Notes: generated from the letters alone by a model not told the origin. Positions 36,301-43,802 are shown, numbered from the stretch's first letter. The stretch is DNA of 64,000 nucleotides from Candidatus Shapirobacteria bacterium (GCA_022837635.1 JALHFY010000001.1:381693-445692), one strand, 5' to 3'. Numbers and translations are program-made.

Positions 36301-38807
36301 CATTGACTGTTGTCAAAAAAGTTGTCAATGATAACGGTGGAGATACCACTATCAATGATTTTGAGATTAAATTAAATGACGACTTAATCACATTTGAAGA
36401 CGGAGTTGTAGATGGTACCACGACTACATACACTTCTACTCCGACAGTATCTACAAAGACAGAATATACCTTATCAGAAAAAGACCTTGAAGGATACGAG
36501 GAAGGAGATTGGAGTTGTATAGATGATACAGAGGATAATATCGCCATGCCGTTTACTTTATCGGCAGGTCAAAATGTAACTTGTACTGTCACCAATGATG
36601 ATATCTTTGGTCAAATCTCGGTCATTAAATTTAACGACGTTAATGGCAATGGTCAAATGGATGCAGGTGAAGAAACCTTGCCAAATTGGCAAATAAATCT
36701 AACTTCTCAAGATTCAAAAGTGACGAATGACGAAGGTTCAGTGGTATTTGATAAATTAATTCCCCAAACTTACTATCTTAGTGAAACTCTTCAGCCTGGT
36801 TGGACTCAAACCTCTATCAACTGTGGACAAGATCAAGTTAGAATTACCGCTCCCGGTGAAGCCTATGGTCATCACGGGGTTTGTTCTGGTTGGAATGGTT
36901 GTGAAGACGCCGCCACTTGTGCCAAATGGGCTTGTGAGGCTAAAGGTTATCAAAATTTAGTTTCCTATGGTGAAGTCAAGGGTTGTACCAAGTTTAATAA
37001 GTGTAATTTATTCTGGTCTCGCAACAAGGTTGACTATAACTGGGATAATCATTGTGATGTTTTGGGAGTTACAGACATTGTCTGTAGTAATTCCAGTTCT
37101 ACTCCCAGCCTAACTCCAATGCCAACGACTCCAACTCAAGCACAAAATGATAATAACTATCAAATTGTTTTGGACAAATCTAAAACAGTTCAATGCTACA
37201 TTGGTAATCGTTATATCACTCCTAAAATAACTCTCTCTAAGAGTAACAATGTTGGTTTGACACCTCAAAAAGTTGGGAATGAAGTTGTTTATACTCTTAA
37301 ACTTAAAGTTACCGATAATTTTGTCAAAGATTTGTCAGTAATCGATTTACCGCCAACCGGTTTTGTCTATAAAGCTGGTAGTTATCAGGCCAAAGTTAAT
37401 GGTAGTCCTGTAGCTATTGCCGAACCACAGTATCACTCTCCTGGCCAATGGTTTTTAGGTGACTTAAATAAGGATGATGAAGTGGAATTAACTTATACCG
37501 CCACGATTCAAAACTCGGTGGATCCGGGAACTTATAAAGATGCCGCCTGGGCCTATGCTTGTCAAAGCAGTACTGATTGTCAAATTGATAGTAGTGATAG
37601 AGTTTTGGCTCAAGCCGTCAATCCTGGTTATCTAAATACCACCTTTGTTGGGACTCAAGTGAAATTAATTGCCGAGGCTCCAGCTCAAGAATATTCAGTA
37701 AATAGAGAAGAAATCAAAGAAGGAGAAGTTTTGGGAGCGACGACAGGTTTACCGGCCACCGGAGCTAGTAACGGATGGTTGTGGGTCATAGGTAGTTTAT
37801 TGACCAGCGGCATGGCTTTAGTATTTGCCGGGATTAAGAAAAATAAAATCATGGCAGTCATTCTGGCCCTATTTATGGTGACTCTTTTTATTCCTAAATA
37901 TACTTTAGCGGCTGATTCGGACTTATTCATTGCCTTGGAGAGTCCAGCCAGTCCTAATAACCAAAGTAAATTTAACCTAGCTTTTACAGCTTTGGATATG
38001 TTAAATCGACCCATAGTGGTCAAGTGTTTCAAAATCAATCCGGATAACAGTGAAGTGCAATTGGGAGGCAATATTAACTTGAAAGCCGGTGGTAACTCCG
38101 GTAATTGTAGTCTGGAGAGTTCACCTTTGAGTGAAAGCGGTAAAAATTACCGATTTTATGCAGTAGCTTCAAGTGGAGCTGATAGTTACAAAAGTGAAGT
38201 GGTTTCAGTGGATTACAATACTGATTTACCGGGAGTACCAACTGATTATTCTAAAGAAAAAGAAGGCAGTTGCCGCTTTAAGCTAAGCTTTAGAGCCAGT
38301 AATGACGGAAAAACTAAAGTTGTCAGAATCTATCGTTCAGAGCAAAATAAATTTAATGCCGATAGTCACACTCAAATTGGAGAGGTGGGTATTGATCCCG
38401 GTCAATGGGGTAGCTTTACCGATGTTAATGTTCCCGATTGTAACAAAACTTATTATTACGCCATTCGGGCTTTTGATGAGGCCAATAATGGCAGTGGTTT
38501 AGCCGGTGATTCAAACACAATCGTGACGACTGTTACTACTACCACTACTACTACTGTCAATGACAGTAATATTACTGACACTACTGGGGCAATCAGAGTT
38601 GCAGATAGTAATATTCCTGGCGAAGAAGAGATAGCTAATGCCGAGGAAAGTGCCGGTGAGGAAAGTGAGACAAGTGGAGAAGGTAGTGTTTTGGGAACCA
38701 CTGAGGAAGTAGGTAAAAACAATAAAATAAAGTTGCTTCTAGTAGGGGCTCTGATATTAATCGCTATAATTGTCTATGTCAGTCGCCGTTCCCGCCGTCA
38801 AAAATAA
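30342..38807 (+). CDS. Giant secreted cell-surface protein (about 2,821 aa), likely an adhesin
   Basis: TTG start and signal peptide (IVIPVRA/EE). A P/T/E-rich linker, at least 3 DUF11-like repeats, at least 3 Cna-B/SdrD-B-like modules, 5 repeats carrying V(V/I)NDNGG, and a Cys-rich module. LPATG plus hydrophobic segment plus KKNK at aa 2470-2502, then an in-frame signal peptide, FN3-like domain, Thr-rich stalk and C-terminal TM-RRSRRQK. Confidence 0.8.
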   Translation: MKNIFKKRVFDKLAAISAGVSLILNIFLPLLIVIPVRAEEIAASPSAEVIEATPTPEPTAAPELTPAPEVTPTLEPSLTPTETPENADVGATEAAATPTEIEAKPTIANEKNDDSDKEEVSQKFRSTLLSASQSSKSGQYSISSTNGIWTKVEGTNNYDGLNTEEIRWGSASSGSSRSGLRFDGVGTTTSFNANEKFLIGGLTHFNWPISGSAANKATLKITLNFSNPSITPSPTFTYDFGIEETTNTYNLQDCKYYGKPEQQSQTACDDVITFPNGGYGEEEYTIGDMKYTLKIDGFQNSYPDGKTVSKFITEERKNNEAFLVGHLSSVLVESPKISIIKKVNGYDANTPGEAVQVTAGETVNFTYIVQNTGNVKLTGISVTDNKGVNVSCPKTELDPGTSMTCTGSAKAIAGKYTNIGTVNTTSHPSVTASDPANYVGLVPKIKICHRTASHTSPYEVIEPDASGDLNGHVGHTGDIWFPGITVAWGDIIKPFTYYENGEQKEFTGLNWSEYGQAVYNNDCKIPQGKIIINKVLSPASNDNTEFTIVGSGTPAITGSPTFLYESGSNVGSISRNKSHTYNAMPGTYNIGETVPEGWNLVSNTCSNIEIANNETKECTITNTQDGSLTIVKKALPFGMDSFGFTLTGNGVSEQFSLVDNSGTEDASKTFSLKAGTYAVAEDNYDDWKTTASCTGGQTIDNIVLNAGDSVTCTFANTKYGSISGHKWNDASGKIEDPNTDLTPVSGWTIILKDKNGAEITRTTTDVNGYYKFTGLLPADYIVTEGLEAGWIVLAGDSRDVELNAGNNETNVDFINVKYGSIKVLKNVDVDGNGQVDTEGATDWEWLLGMDTKARIYATGETAKNLLPGVYKVSETQKNGYHITSLVCTNNGQEIVNEASESVKISLESGDNVVCTFTNTRDTGTLIVRKEVVNDNGGALTAKDFSFKIDTGKGIVFDQDPTNPLLGENTYKTFPTGTYTITELEANQRGYATSYNNCDKVEVKKGETAVCTITNNDKAAKLTVIKKVINDNGGTAKVKDFEIKLNDKDLEFKLDQGSVSKYISTYISTPEVQSNTEYKLTEIDHPGYKEGKWSCKPKKDDGTGDARPVPTKEGPSTSFTLSPGKEIVCTITNDDIAPSLQLIKKVVNDNGGTAVATDWNLKAEGLTPISGDGSAISGNKFKAGAYTLSENSAVTGYSASDWNCTNGIEVDGNNGITLGIGQSTVCTITNDDVAPTLKLVKNVDNGHGGPSNANDWTLTAKSETEEFSNLGDADTTHTVTAGVVYTLSETGPEKYEAGEWECTNNIVVDNNNGITLGLGQSTVCTITNTYSPGCIEGEGIGADIVASVTPGTRYDGNPIVNLGSEDRTKPGNALGTADDKFYSLGKDGEIELEFTGFVENVAGNDFSIHEVTWNRDSDKEEKAEVYVKNSNSDWKYLGEASSFSDGNNDGKRDGITHFDFGNTGLPWINAIKLVESSVGQDNNDDGFDLNAIVAASHVCKEPSVSQVKICKVDNKNRPLSGWDVMLKEKVDGPSLINVSNDSGTNSSDLLAGKYLIKVSGTYRYGNSSMNADAGFSYRPQGIPSGCDCWLDGHEISGGLMARVNGEAVNWGAYNDGHVYTYVYDHNGGKINISIRDNIYIDNVNNNNFQFEIFRIPEGYYGTTGNDGCVILNNVLYGDYILDEILKEGWINVSGKGSSVSVDSLEEVFTLVNREDAPVTIVATKIVCNNEADLPNWGYGAPDNITKDTASNFLASRPNCRRESGWSFQWGNDSSTNPGDTHTGEASGWHTFGPTGSDGVATVNINDFGNTSQIKVREVLKENYIPFTYLTNKNNSNNVSAEIYCHTDVLNYDNDDRFIPEYGNTYYCVAWNVEKNPLLSIVKSGAFVDGNANGFADVGETINYSFTVKNEGNVTLTNVTVTDPKVTVIGGPITLNVGQTDATTFTASYVLTQDDVDTGKVDNTATADSDESEPASDDETVTFNTKKPTLTVVKKVVNDNGGDTTINDFEIKLNDDLITFEDGVVDGTTTTYTSTPTVSTKTEYTLSEKDLEGYEEGDWSCIDDTEDNIAMPFTLSAGQNVTCTVTNDDIFGQISVIKFNDVNGNGQMDAGEETLPNWQINLTSQDSKVTNDEGSVVFDKLIPQTYYLSETLQPGWTQTSINCGQDQVRITAPGEAYGHHGVCSGWNGCEDAATCAKWACEAKGYQNLVSYGEVKGCTKFNKCNLFWSRNKVDYNWDNHCDVLGVTDIVCSNSSSTPSLTPMPTTPTQAQNDNNYQIVLDKSKTVQCYIGNRYITPKITLSKSNNVGLTPQKVGNEVVYTLKLKVTDNFVKDLSVIDLPPTGFVYKAGSYQAKVNGSPVAIAEPQYHSPGQWFLGDLNKDDEVELTYTATIQNSVDPGTYKDAAWAYACQSSTDCQIDSSDRVLAQAVNPGYLNTTFVGTQVKLIAEAPAQEYSVNREEIKEGEVLGATTGLPATGASNGWLWVIGSLLTSGMALVFAGIKKNKIMAVILALFMVTLFIPKYTLAADSDLFIALESPASPNNQSKFNLAFTALDMLNRPIVVKCFKINPDNSEVQLGGNINLKAGGNSGNCSLESSPLSESGKNYRFYAVASSGADSYKSEVVSVDYNTDLPGVPTDYSKEKEGSCRFKLSFRASNDGKTKVVRIYRSEQNKFNADSHTQIGEVGIDPGQWGSFTDVNVPDCNKTYYYAIRAFDEANNGSGLAGDSNTIVTTVTTTTTTTVNDSNITDTTGAIRVADSNIPGEEEIANAEESAGEESETSGEGSVLGTTEEVGKNNKIKLLLVGALILIAIIVYVSRRSRRQK
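37851..38807 (+). CDS. Possible separate gene: a signal-peptide / FN3-like / Thr-rich / C-terminal TM-anchored protein, in-frame with the giant ORF and with no stop between them
   Basis: The ATG at 37851 immediately follows the LPATG-TM-KKNK sorting signal. MAVILALFMVTLFIPKYTLAADSD is a canonical signal peptide. KTYYYAIRAFDEANNGSG is an FN3-like motif. A C-terminal TM plus RRSRRQK follows. Confidence 0.3.
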   Translation: MAVILALFMVTLFIPKYTLAADSDLFIALESPASPNNQSKFNLAFTALDMLNRPIVVKCFKINPDNSEVQLGGNINLKAGGNSGNCSLESSPLSESGKNYRFYAVASSGADSYKSEVVSVDYNTDLPGVPTDYSKEKEGSCRFKLSFRASNDGKTKVVRIYRSEQNKFNADSHTQIGEVGIDPGQWGSFTDVNVPDCNKTYYYAIRAFDEANNGSGLAGDSNTIVTTVTTTTTTTVNDSNITDTTGAIRVADSNIPGEEEIANAEESAGEESETSGEGSVLGTTEEVGKNNKIKLLLVGALILIAIIVYVSRRSRRQK

Positions 38808-39387
38808 GAAAACTAATATCTGGATTGTCTTGGGAGTAATATTGATGGCGTCAGCAATAATAATCGCCTATCTTACTTTTGCACCGGTATTGAAATCAGA
38901 AATAAAGTATCAATTGGTGGTAAAAAATAAAACAGTAGAAGAGAAGATAGTGCCGGTAGATACAGATTTTTCAGTGGTTATTCCCAAGATCAGAGCCAAT
39001 GCCCGAGTGGTAGAAAATGTCGATCCTTTTGACGCCAAAAATTACCAGTTGGCTTTGAGTCGAGGGGTAGCTCACGCCAAAGGAACATCAACTCCGGACA
39101 AAGGCAGTAATACTTTTTTATTTGCTCATTCAGCGGGTAATTGGTATCAAGCTAATCAATATAATGCTATCTTTTATCTCTTAAATAAATTGGAAAAAGG
39201 TGATGAAATTGTTCTTTATTTTAAGGATAAAGAATATGTTTATCAGGTAGAAGAACTCCAATATGTTGGAGGTGGAGAAACAAAATATATGAATGCTTCA
39301 GCGAAAAATAAATTAACTTTAATGACTTGTTGGCCACCAGGAACAACCTTGAAAAGATTGATAGTGATAGCTAAATTAAAAGATTAG
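38776..39387 (+). CDS. Sortase-family transpeptidase
   Basis: An N-terminal TM anchor, a TLMTCWP (TLxTC) catalytic Cys, a downstream conserved Arg (KRLIV), and FAHSAGN His. The ORF-track start is a TTG at 38770; the ATG at 38776 is preferred. Overlaps the end of the giant ORF. Confidence 0.7.
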   Translation: MSVAVPAVKNKKTNIWIVLGVILMASAIIIAYLTFAPVLKSEIKYQLVVKNKTVEEKIVPVDTDFSVVIPKIRANARVVENVDPFDAKNYQLALSRGVAHAKGTSTPDKGSNTFLFAHSAGNWYQANQYNAIFYLLNKLEKGDEIVLYFKDKEYVYQVEELQYVGGGETKYMNASAKNKLTLMTCWPPGTTLKRLIVIAKLKD

Positions 39388-40019
39388 TTTAAGGGTTCGG
39401 ATTGTAAGCGTAGACAACCGGAAGGATCATTTTTGGTCAAATACTGCCAGAGAGTTTTGAAAAAGTTGTGATGATTAACAGCCAAAAGGCGATTGAGACA
39501 AACAGAACTACCTTTAACAGCAGTTTTACCTAAAGATACGACTTTATCGTAATCAGCAATAGCTTGGTTACGATCTCGTTGATAGTAATAATTATAGATG
39601 TCTCCCCTATTTCTGAGGGCAGTGGCATAATCTGGGCGAAGTTCGATAGCCCGATTTAAGTCGTTTAGAGCAGACTCGTAGTTTTGTAAGCGCATATAGA
39701 CATAGCCACGATTGTTATAAGCCTCAGCATATTTGGGGTTTAAGGTAATGGCTTGATTGAGATCTTCGATAGCTTGTTGGCAATTGCCAGACTCGTAATC
39801 ATAATCACCTAGAGTTAACCAATCGGCGGCAGTCTTTAGATTGGTAGGACGAATGGTGGTGGGTACATGGGCCCGGCCACAATGAGCATCTTTTCGAATA
39901 ATTTTTCGACCAGGATTTATAAAAGTGATGTAGACAGCGCCAAGAATTACAAAGGCAGATAAAAGCAACAAGAAAGTAAGGTTGGCAGATTTTTTTTGTT
40001 TCATAAAATATGATAACAA
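39384..40019 (-). CDS. TPR-repeat protein with N-terminal TM anchor
   Basis: Three to four TPR units (AEAYNNRGYVYMRLQNYESALNDLNRAIELRPDYA). Confidence 0.7.
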   Translation of the reverse strand: MLSYFMKQKKSANLTFLLLLSAFVILGAVYITFINPGRKIIRKDAHCGRAHVPTTIRPTNLKTAADWLTLGDYDYESGNCQQAIEDLNQAITLNPKYAEAYNNRGYVYMRLQNYESALNDLNRAIELRPDYATALRNRGDIYNYYYQRDRNQAIADYDKVVSLGKTAVKGSSVCLNRLLAVNHHNFFKTLWQYLTKNDPSGCLRLQSEPLN

Positions 40020-40036
40020 AAAACTGGATGAGTGGC

Positions 40037-40660
40037 CTATTTAGTTAATTCAATTTTGGCTTGATCACGAAGTTCAGTGAACCATTTTTCAATAGCAGTA
40101 TTTTTGGCCTCGGCAGCGAGCTGCTCTTTGACATAGTTGTTTAATTCAGTGGTAGTGGAATTTTTAGGTAAATATTCTTTGTTTTCGGTGATATATTGTT
40201 TTATCTCTTCGTCGGTGACCTCAGTTGGAGCTGGACTCATTTTTTCTAAGAGTTTTTGAAGACGAACTTGAGTTTCTAGGTCAGTACGAGTTAATGATTG
40301 GGCCTCTAAAGCTTGTTCTAAGGAAAAACCCTGTTTAGTCAACTCGGCTTCATAAGTGGCAATCTGAGCGTCGATTTCTGACTGTTCAACACGAACTTTT
40401 TGCTTGGCAGCTTCCTGATCAATAAGCATTTCATTGGCCATCTGTTGGAGAGTTCTTTGGTTGTCCAAGGTCTCTAGACGTCGCCAATAGCGAAGACGAG
40501 AAATAGGTTGACCATTAACCATAGCAGCAATACCAAATTTACGGAAAGCTAAAAGAGCAATAATCAACAGTAAAACAACGATAATTGGCCGAAACGATTT
40601 TTTAATTACAGCTTGGTTGATAATAGTAGTTGTGGTTTTTTTTGGAGTGATTTTTTTCAT
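40037..40660 (-). CDS. SurA-N-terminal-domain-like periplasmic chaperone-type protein (membrane anchored)
   Basis: An N-terminal TM, a coiled/charged domain resembling the SurA/PrsA N-domain, and no PPIase domain. Start trimmed to MKKITPKK (ATG at 40658-40660). Confidence 0.4.
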   Translation of the reverse strand: MKKITPKKTTTTIINQAVIKKSFRPIIVVLLLIIALLAFRKFGIAAMVNGQPISRLRYWRRLETLDNQRTLQQMANEMLIDQEAAKQKVRVEQSEIDAQIATYEAELTKQGFSLEQALEAQSLTRTDLETQVRLQKLLEKMSPAPTEVTDEEIKQYITENKEYLPKNSTTTELNNYVKEQLAAEAKNTAIEKWFTELRDQAKIELTK

Positions 40661-40737
40661 GAAAAAGTATAACATCAATTTGAGAAAGTTAAACAAAGCA
40701 GACGACTGAAGAAAAATTGTAGTAAAATAGAATCTCA

Positions 40738-42321
40738 ATGGTAAAAGTTTGGACAATCAAAATTGCTGGACCGGCGGGAACTGGGATTAAATCAGTAGGA
40801 ACTTTGTTATCTCAGATTTTGAATCAAAGTGGTTATTTTTTGAAGGATTATTCGGAATATCCCTCACTGGTGCGAGGAGGCCATAATACTTATCAGGTAT
40901 CTTTTTCAAATGAAGCAGTGTTTGCGGTTCACAGAGAAATCGACTTAATGGTTAGTCTTCAAGCTGGACATTGGCAAGAGCACCAAAAAGAATTGAGTAA
41001 AAAAGCGATACTTTTAACCGATAATGACGGAGGATTACACTTACCTTTGGCGACCATGTGTACCCAACTGGGAGGAAAAATTTATGGAAATATTATTGCT
41101 TTGGGAGTCGTTTCTTTTCTATTGGATGTTAATAAAGAATTGGCTTTGAAAGTGGTGAAAAATCATTTTGGCCAAGACGAAATTGACCATAAAGCTTTTG
41201 AATTAGGTTGGAAATACGGAGCCGATAATTTTCAAAAATTAAAAATTGGCAAGGCAAAGAAATTTCGAAAAAAGAAAATGATAGTTGATGGTAACGAAGC
41301 AGTGGGATGGGGTTTATATAAGGCTGGGCTGAATTTATTTGCGGCTTATCCAATGACTCCAGCCACGGGATTACTCCATTTTTTGGCTAAAAATCAAGAT
41401 GAATTTAAGATTAGAGTTATTCATCCGGAAGATGAGATTGCGGCGGCCTCAATCGTCTGTGGGGCTTCAATGGTCGGGGGCAGAAGTGCTACCGGAACTT
41501 CTGGTGGAGGTTTTGCCTTAATGACGGAAAGTGTCAGTTTAGCCGGAGCGGCAGAATTGGGAGTGGTATTTTATTTGTCGCAACGACCGGGACCGGCGAC
41601 AGGCATGCCAACTTGGACCAGTCAAGGAGATTTATTATTTGCCGTTAATGCCGGACATGGTGAATTTCCAAAAATTGTCTTGGCACCGGGAGACCAAAAA
41701 GAATCTTTTGAGCTGGGGAAAAAATCACTCAATTTGGCCAATAAATTTGACGTACCAGTCATATTATTATCGGATAAGAATTTATCGGAATCAAGCGCTA
41801 ATGTTGATGATCTAGCGGCTGAAAAAATGGAAATTATCGAGAGTAAAAAAGCCATACCAGGTAAAGGACAAAAAATTAAACTTTACAATAGTTATGAACA
41901 TGATGAGGCAGGGTTTTCAGTTGAAGAAGCCAATAAAGCTAAAGCAAATGTTGAAACAAAACTAAAAAAAATAGAAAAGATTAAAAAATCTTTACCTAAA
42001 GTAAATTTTTATGCTTCGCCAAAGGCCAAGAAACTAATTGTTTGTTGGGGCTCGGTTAAAGGAGCGGTTTTGGAAGCGCTAAAGACAATGAAAAACAAGG
42101 AGGAATTCGCTGTCTTACAGATTGTATCTCTGTGGCCTTTAGAGGAAAATTTAGAAAAAATTATTAATTCTTTTTCGGAGCGAATTTTGATAGAAAATAA
42201 TGCTTTTGGACAATTAGGACAACTCTTAAAGTCAGTAATGACGATTGATTTTGAAAAAAGAATTTTAAGATATGACGGGAGACCTTTTTTCCCGGAAGAA
42301 ATTAAGGAGGCACTCAAATGA
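40738..42321 (+). CDS. 2-oxoacid:ferredoxin oxidoreductase, fused gamma-alpha subunit
   Basis: A gamma-like N-terminus (IAGPAGTGIKSVGTLLSQIL ... VRGGHNTYQV) fused to an alpha domain (VDGNEAVGWGLYKAGLNLFAAYPMTPAT). Confidence 0.8.
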   Translation: MVKVWTIKIAGPAGTGIKSVGTLLSQILNQSGYFLKDYSEYPSLVRGGHNTYQVSFSNEAVFAVHREIDLMVSLQAGHWQEHQKELSKKAILLTDNDGGLHLPLATMCTQLGGKIYGNIIALGVVSFLLDVNKELALKVVKNHFGQDEIDHKAFELGWKYGADNFQKLKIGKAKKFRKKKMIVDGNEAVGWGLYKAGLNLFAAYPMTPATGLLHFLAKNQDEFKIRVIHPEDEIAAASIVCGASMVGGRSATGTSGGGFALMTESVSLAGAAELGVVFYLSQRPGPATGMPTWTSQGDLLFAVNAGHGEFPKIVLAPGDQKESFELGKKSLNLANKFDVPVILLSDKNLSESSANVDDLAAEKMEIIESKKAIPGKGQKIKLYNSYEHDEAGFSVEEANKAKANVETKLKKIEKIKKSLPKVNFYASPKAKKLIVCWGSVKGAVLEALKTMKNKEEFAVLQIVSLWPLEENLEKIINSFSERILIENNAFGQLGQLLKSVMTIDFEKRILRYDGRPFFPEEIKEALK

Positions 42322-42938
42322 GTCAATGGTTGTCAGGCATTAAGCCAACTTGGTGCCCGGGTTGTGGCGATTATATAATTTTAGGGGCTCTAAAGACTGT
42401 CTTGGAAAAACTAAAAGTGAACCAAGATCGAACTGTAATTGTCTATGATATTGGTTGTATTGGTAATATGGCAGATTTTATCAAAGCTTGGGGTTTTCAT
42501 TCCCTACATGGGAGAAGTATTCCAACAGCTATCGGGATTAAAAATGCCAACCCAAAATTAAATGTGATTGTAGTCGGAGGTGATGGGGGAATTTATGGAG
42601 AGGGTTTGGGGCATATGATTGCGGCGGCTCGCTTAAATTTGGATATAACAGTGATAGTGGCTAATAATCAGCTTTATTCTCTAACTACAGGGCAAAGTAG
42701 TCCTACTACTCCCAAAGGGGTAAAAACTAAATCGACACCTAAAGGAGTGGAAAGTGTGCCGGTACTACCACTGGAATTGGTAAAAACAGTTAATCCTGAA
42801 GCTTTGGCACAAAGAGTTGATGGTAGTCAGCCACAAGTAGTAATGAAAGCAATAGAAGCAGCTATGAAGCATCAAGGTTTCGATCTTTTGGATATTAATC
42901 AGTTATGTGTTAGCTTTGGGAAGCAGTTGGTGCAATAA
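42318..42938 (+). CDS. 2-oxoacid:ferredoxin oxidoreductase beta (TPP-binding) subunit
   Basis: WCPGCGD, GCIGN and GGDGG ... NN TPP-binding motifs. Overlaps the alpha stop by 4 nt. Confidence 0.8.
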   Translation: MSQWLSGIKPTWCPGCGDYIILGALKTVLEKLKVNQDRTVIVYDIGCIGNMADFIKAWGFHSLHGRSIPTAIGIKNANPKLNVIVVGGDGGIYGEGLGHMIAAARLNLDITVIVANNQLYSLTTGQSSPTTPKGVKTKSTPKGVESVPVLPLELVKTVNPEALAQRVDGSQPQVVMKAIEAAMKHQGFDLLDINQLCVSFGKQLVQ

Positions 42939-43056
42939 AATGAAAAACAAACAAAGAGAAGAAATACTAATTGTTTCCCAGGTGGGTGAAGAATTTCAGG
43001 ATGTGGAGAAACGCTATAAAAGTCTCAGAAAAATTATGAAAAACCTAAAAAAATTT

Positions 43057-43794
43057 TCAGAGGTAAGTATAAAAAATCAAAGTGCCGAGGCCTAATAAAA
43101 AAGTATAGACAGCAAAATACCATAGTTTACGACGGAGGAGGAGTTTTTGAAGCAAGTTGAGAGCTAAAAAACCAACTACAAAAGTAAAGAGAAAAATGAA
43201 AAAATACTGAGAATTAAAAAAAGAGTGAAAATCACCGTCTTTTAGAGATAAAAGTAGAGCACCCAAAGAAACAGGAATAAAGAGAGAAAAAGAAAAATTA
43301 AAGGCAGTTTGAGCCGATAAACCCAAGGCTAGAGCAGCAGCAATGGTGGTCCCTGATCGAGAAATTCCCGGTAAAATAGCCACTGCTTGAGCTAAACCAA
43401 TTAGTAAAGCTTGAGTCAAAGTAATCTCTTGTTGTTGACCGGAAGCTCTTTTAGTCGAAAGTAAAATTAGGGAATTGATAAAAAAGAAAAAAGGTAAAAA
43501 ATAGGCTCGGGTGAAAATAATTTCAAATTGATCTTTGAGAAAAAAACCAACCAGGGCAGCTGGTAAAGAGGCAACAAAAATTTGAGGTAAATGAGAGAAA
43601 AAAAAGGTAATTTTTTTTCTAAAGAAAAAAATAACTGAAACCAGAGTGGCAGTATTTAAAAAAACATCTAAAGCCAAGGAAGGTTTGAGACCAAAAATAA
43701 ACTGAAACAGATTAAGATGACCGGAAGAAGAAATAGGGAGAAATTCGGTAATTCCTTGAATTAGAGCCAAGAGATAATTTTGCCAAAGAGACAT
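43057..43794 (-). CDS. uppP: Undecaprenyl-diphosphatase
   Basis: GITEFLPISSSGHL and PGISRSG motifs; 8 TM segments. Confidence 0.85.
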   Translation of the reverse strand: MSLWQNYLLALIQGITEFLPISSSGHLNLFQFIFGLKPSLALDVFLNTATLVSVIFFFRKKITFFFSHLPQIFVASLPAALVGFFLKDQFEIIFTRAYFLPFFFFINSLILLSTKRASGQQQEITLTQALLIGLAQAVAILPGISRSGTTIAAALALGLSAQTAFNFSFSLFIPVSLGALLLSLKDGDFHSFFNSQYFFIFLFTFVVGFLALNLLQKLLLRRKLWYFAVYTFLLGLGTLIFYTYL

Positions 43795-43802
43795 GAAATA
43801 TT

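Noticed and set aside
32102-38722. Multiple 60-130 aa minus-strand ORFs inside the giant gene (for example 33599-33979, 34329-34709, 36191-36547, 37685-38071, 38456-38722)
   Set aside because: They are antisense to a long, clearly coding plus-strand ORF. Their low-complexity S/T/V-rich composition reflects the sense-strand repeats.
30342-38807. Interpreting the giant ORF as an assembly chimera or collapsed repeat
   Set aside because: The repeats are diverged at the protein level (different residues between copies). The reading frame is continuous for 8.5 kb with a signal peptide at one end and a sorting signal near the other. Only the A5 junction at 37839-37843 looks suspicious, and that is reported separately.
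42907-43095. 62-aa plus-strand ORF between the beta-subunit gene and uppP
   Set aside because: It overlaps the 3' end of uppP on the opposite strand by about 40 nt. It has no RBS or motif and low coding likelihood.
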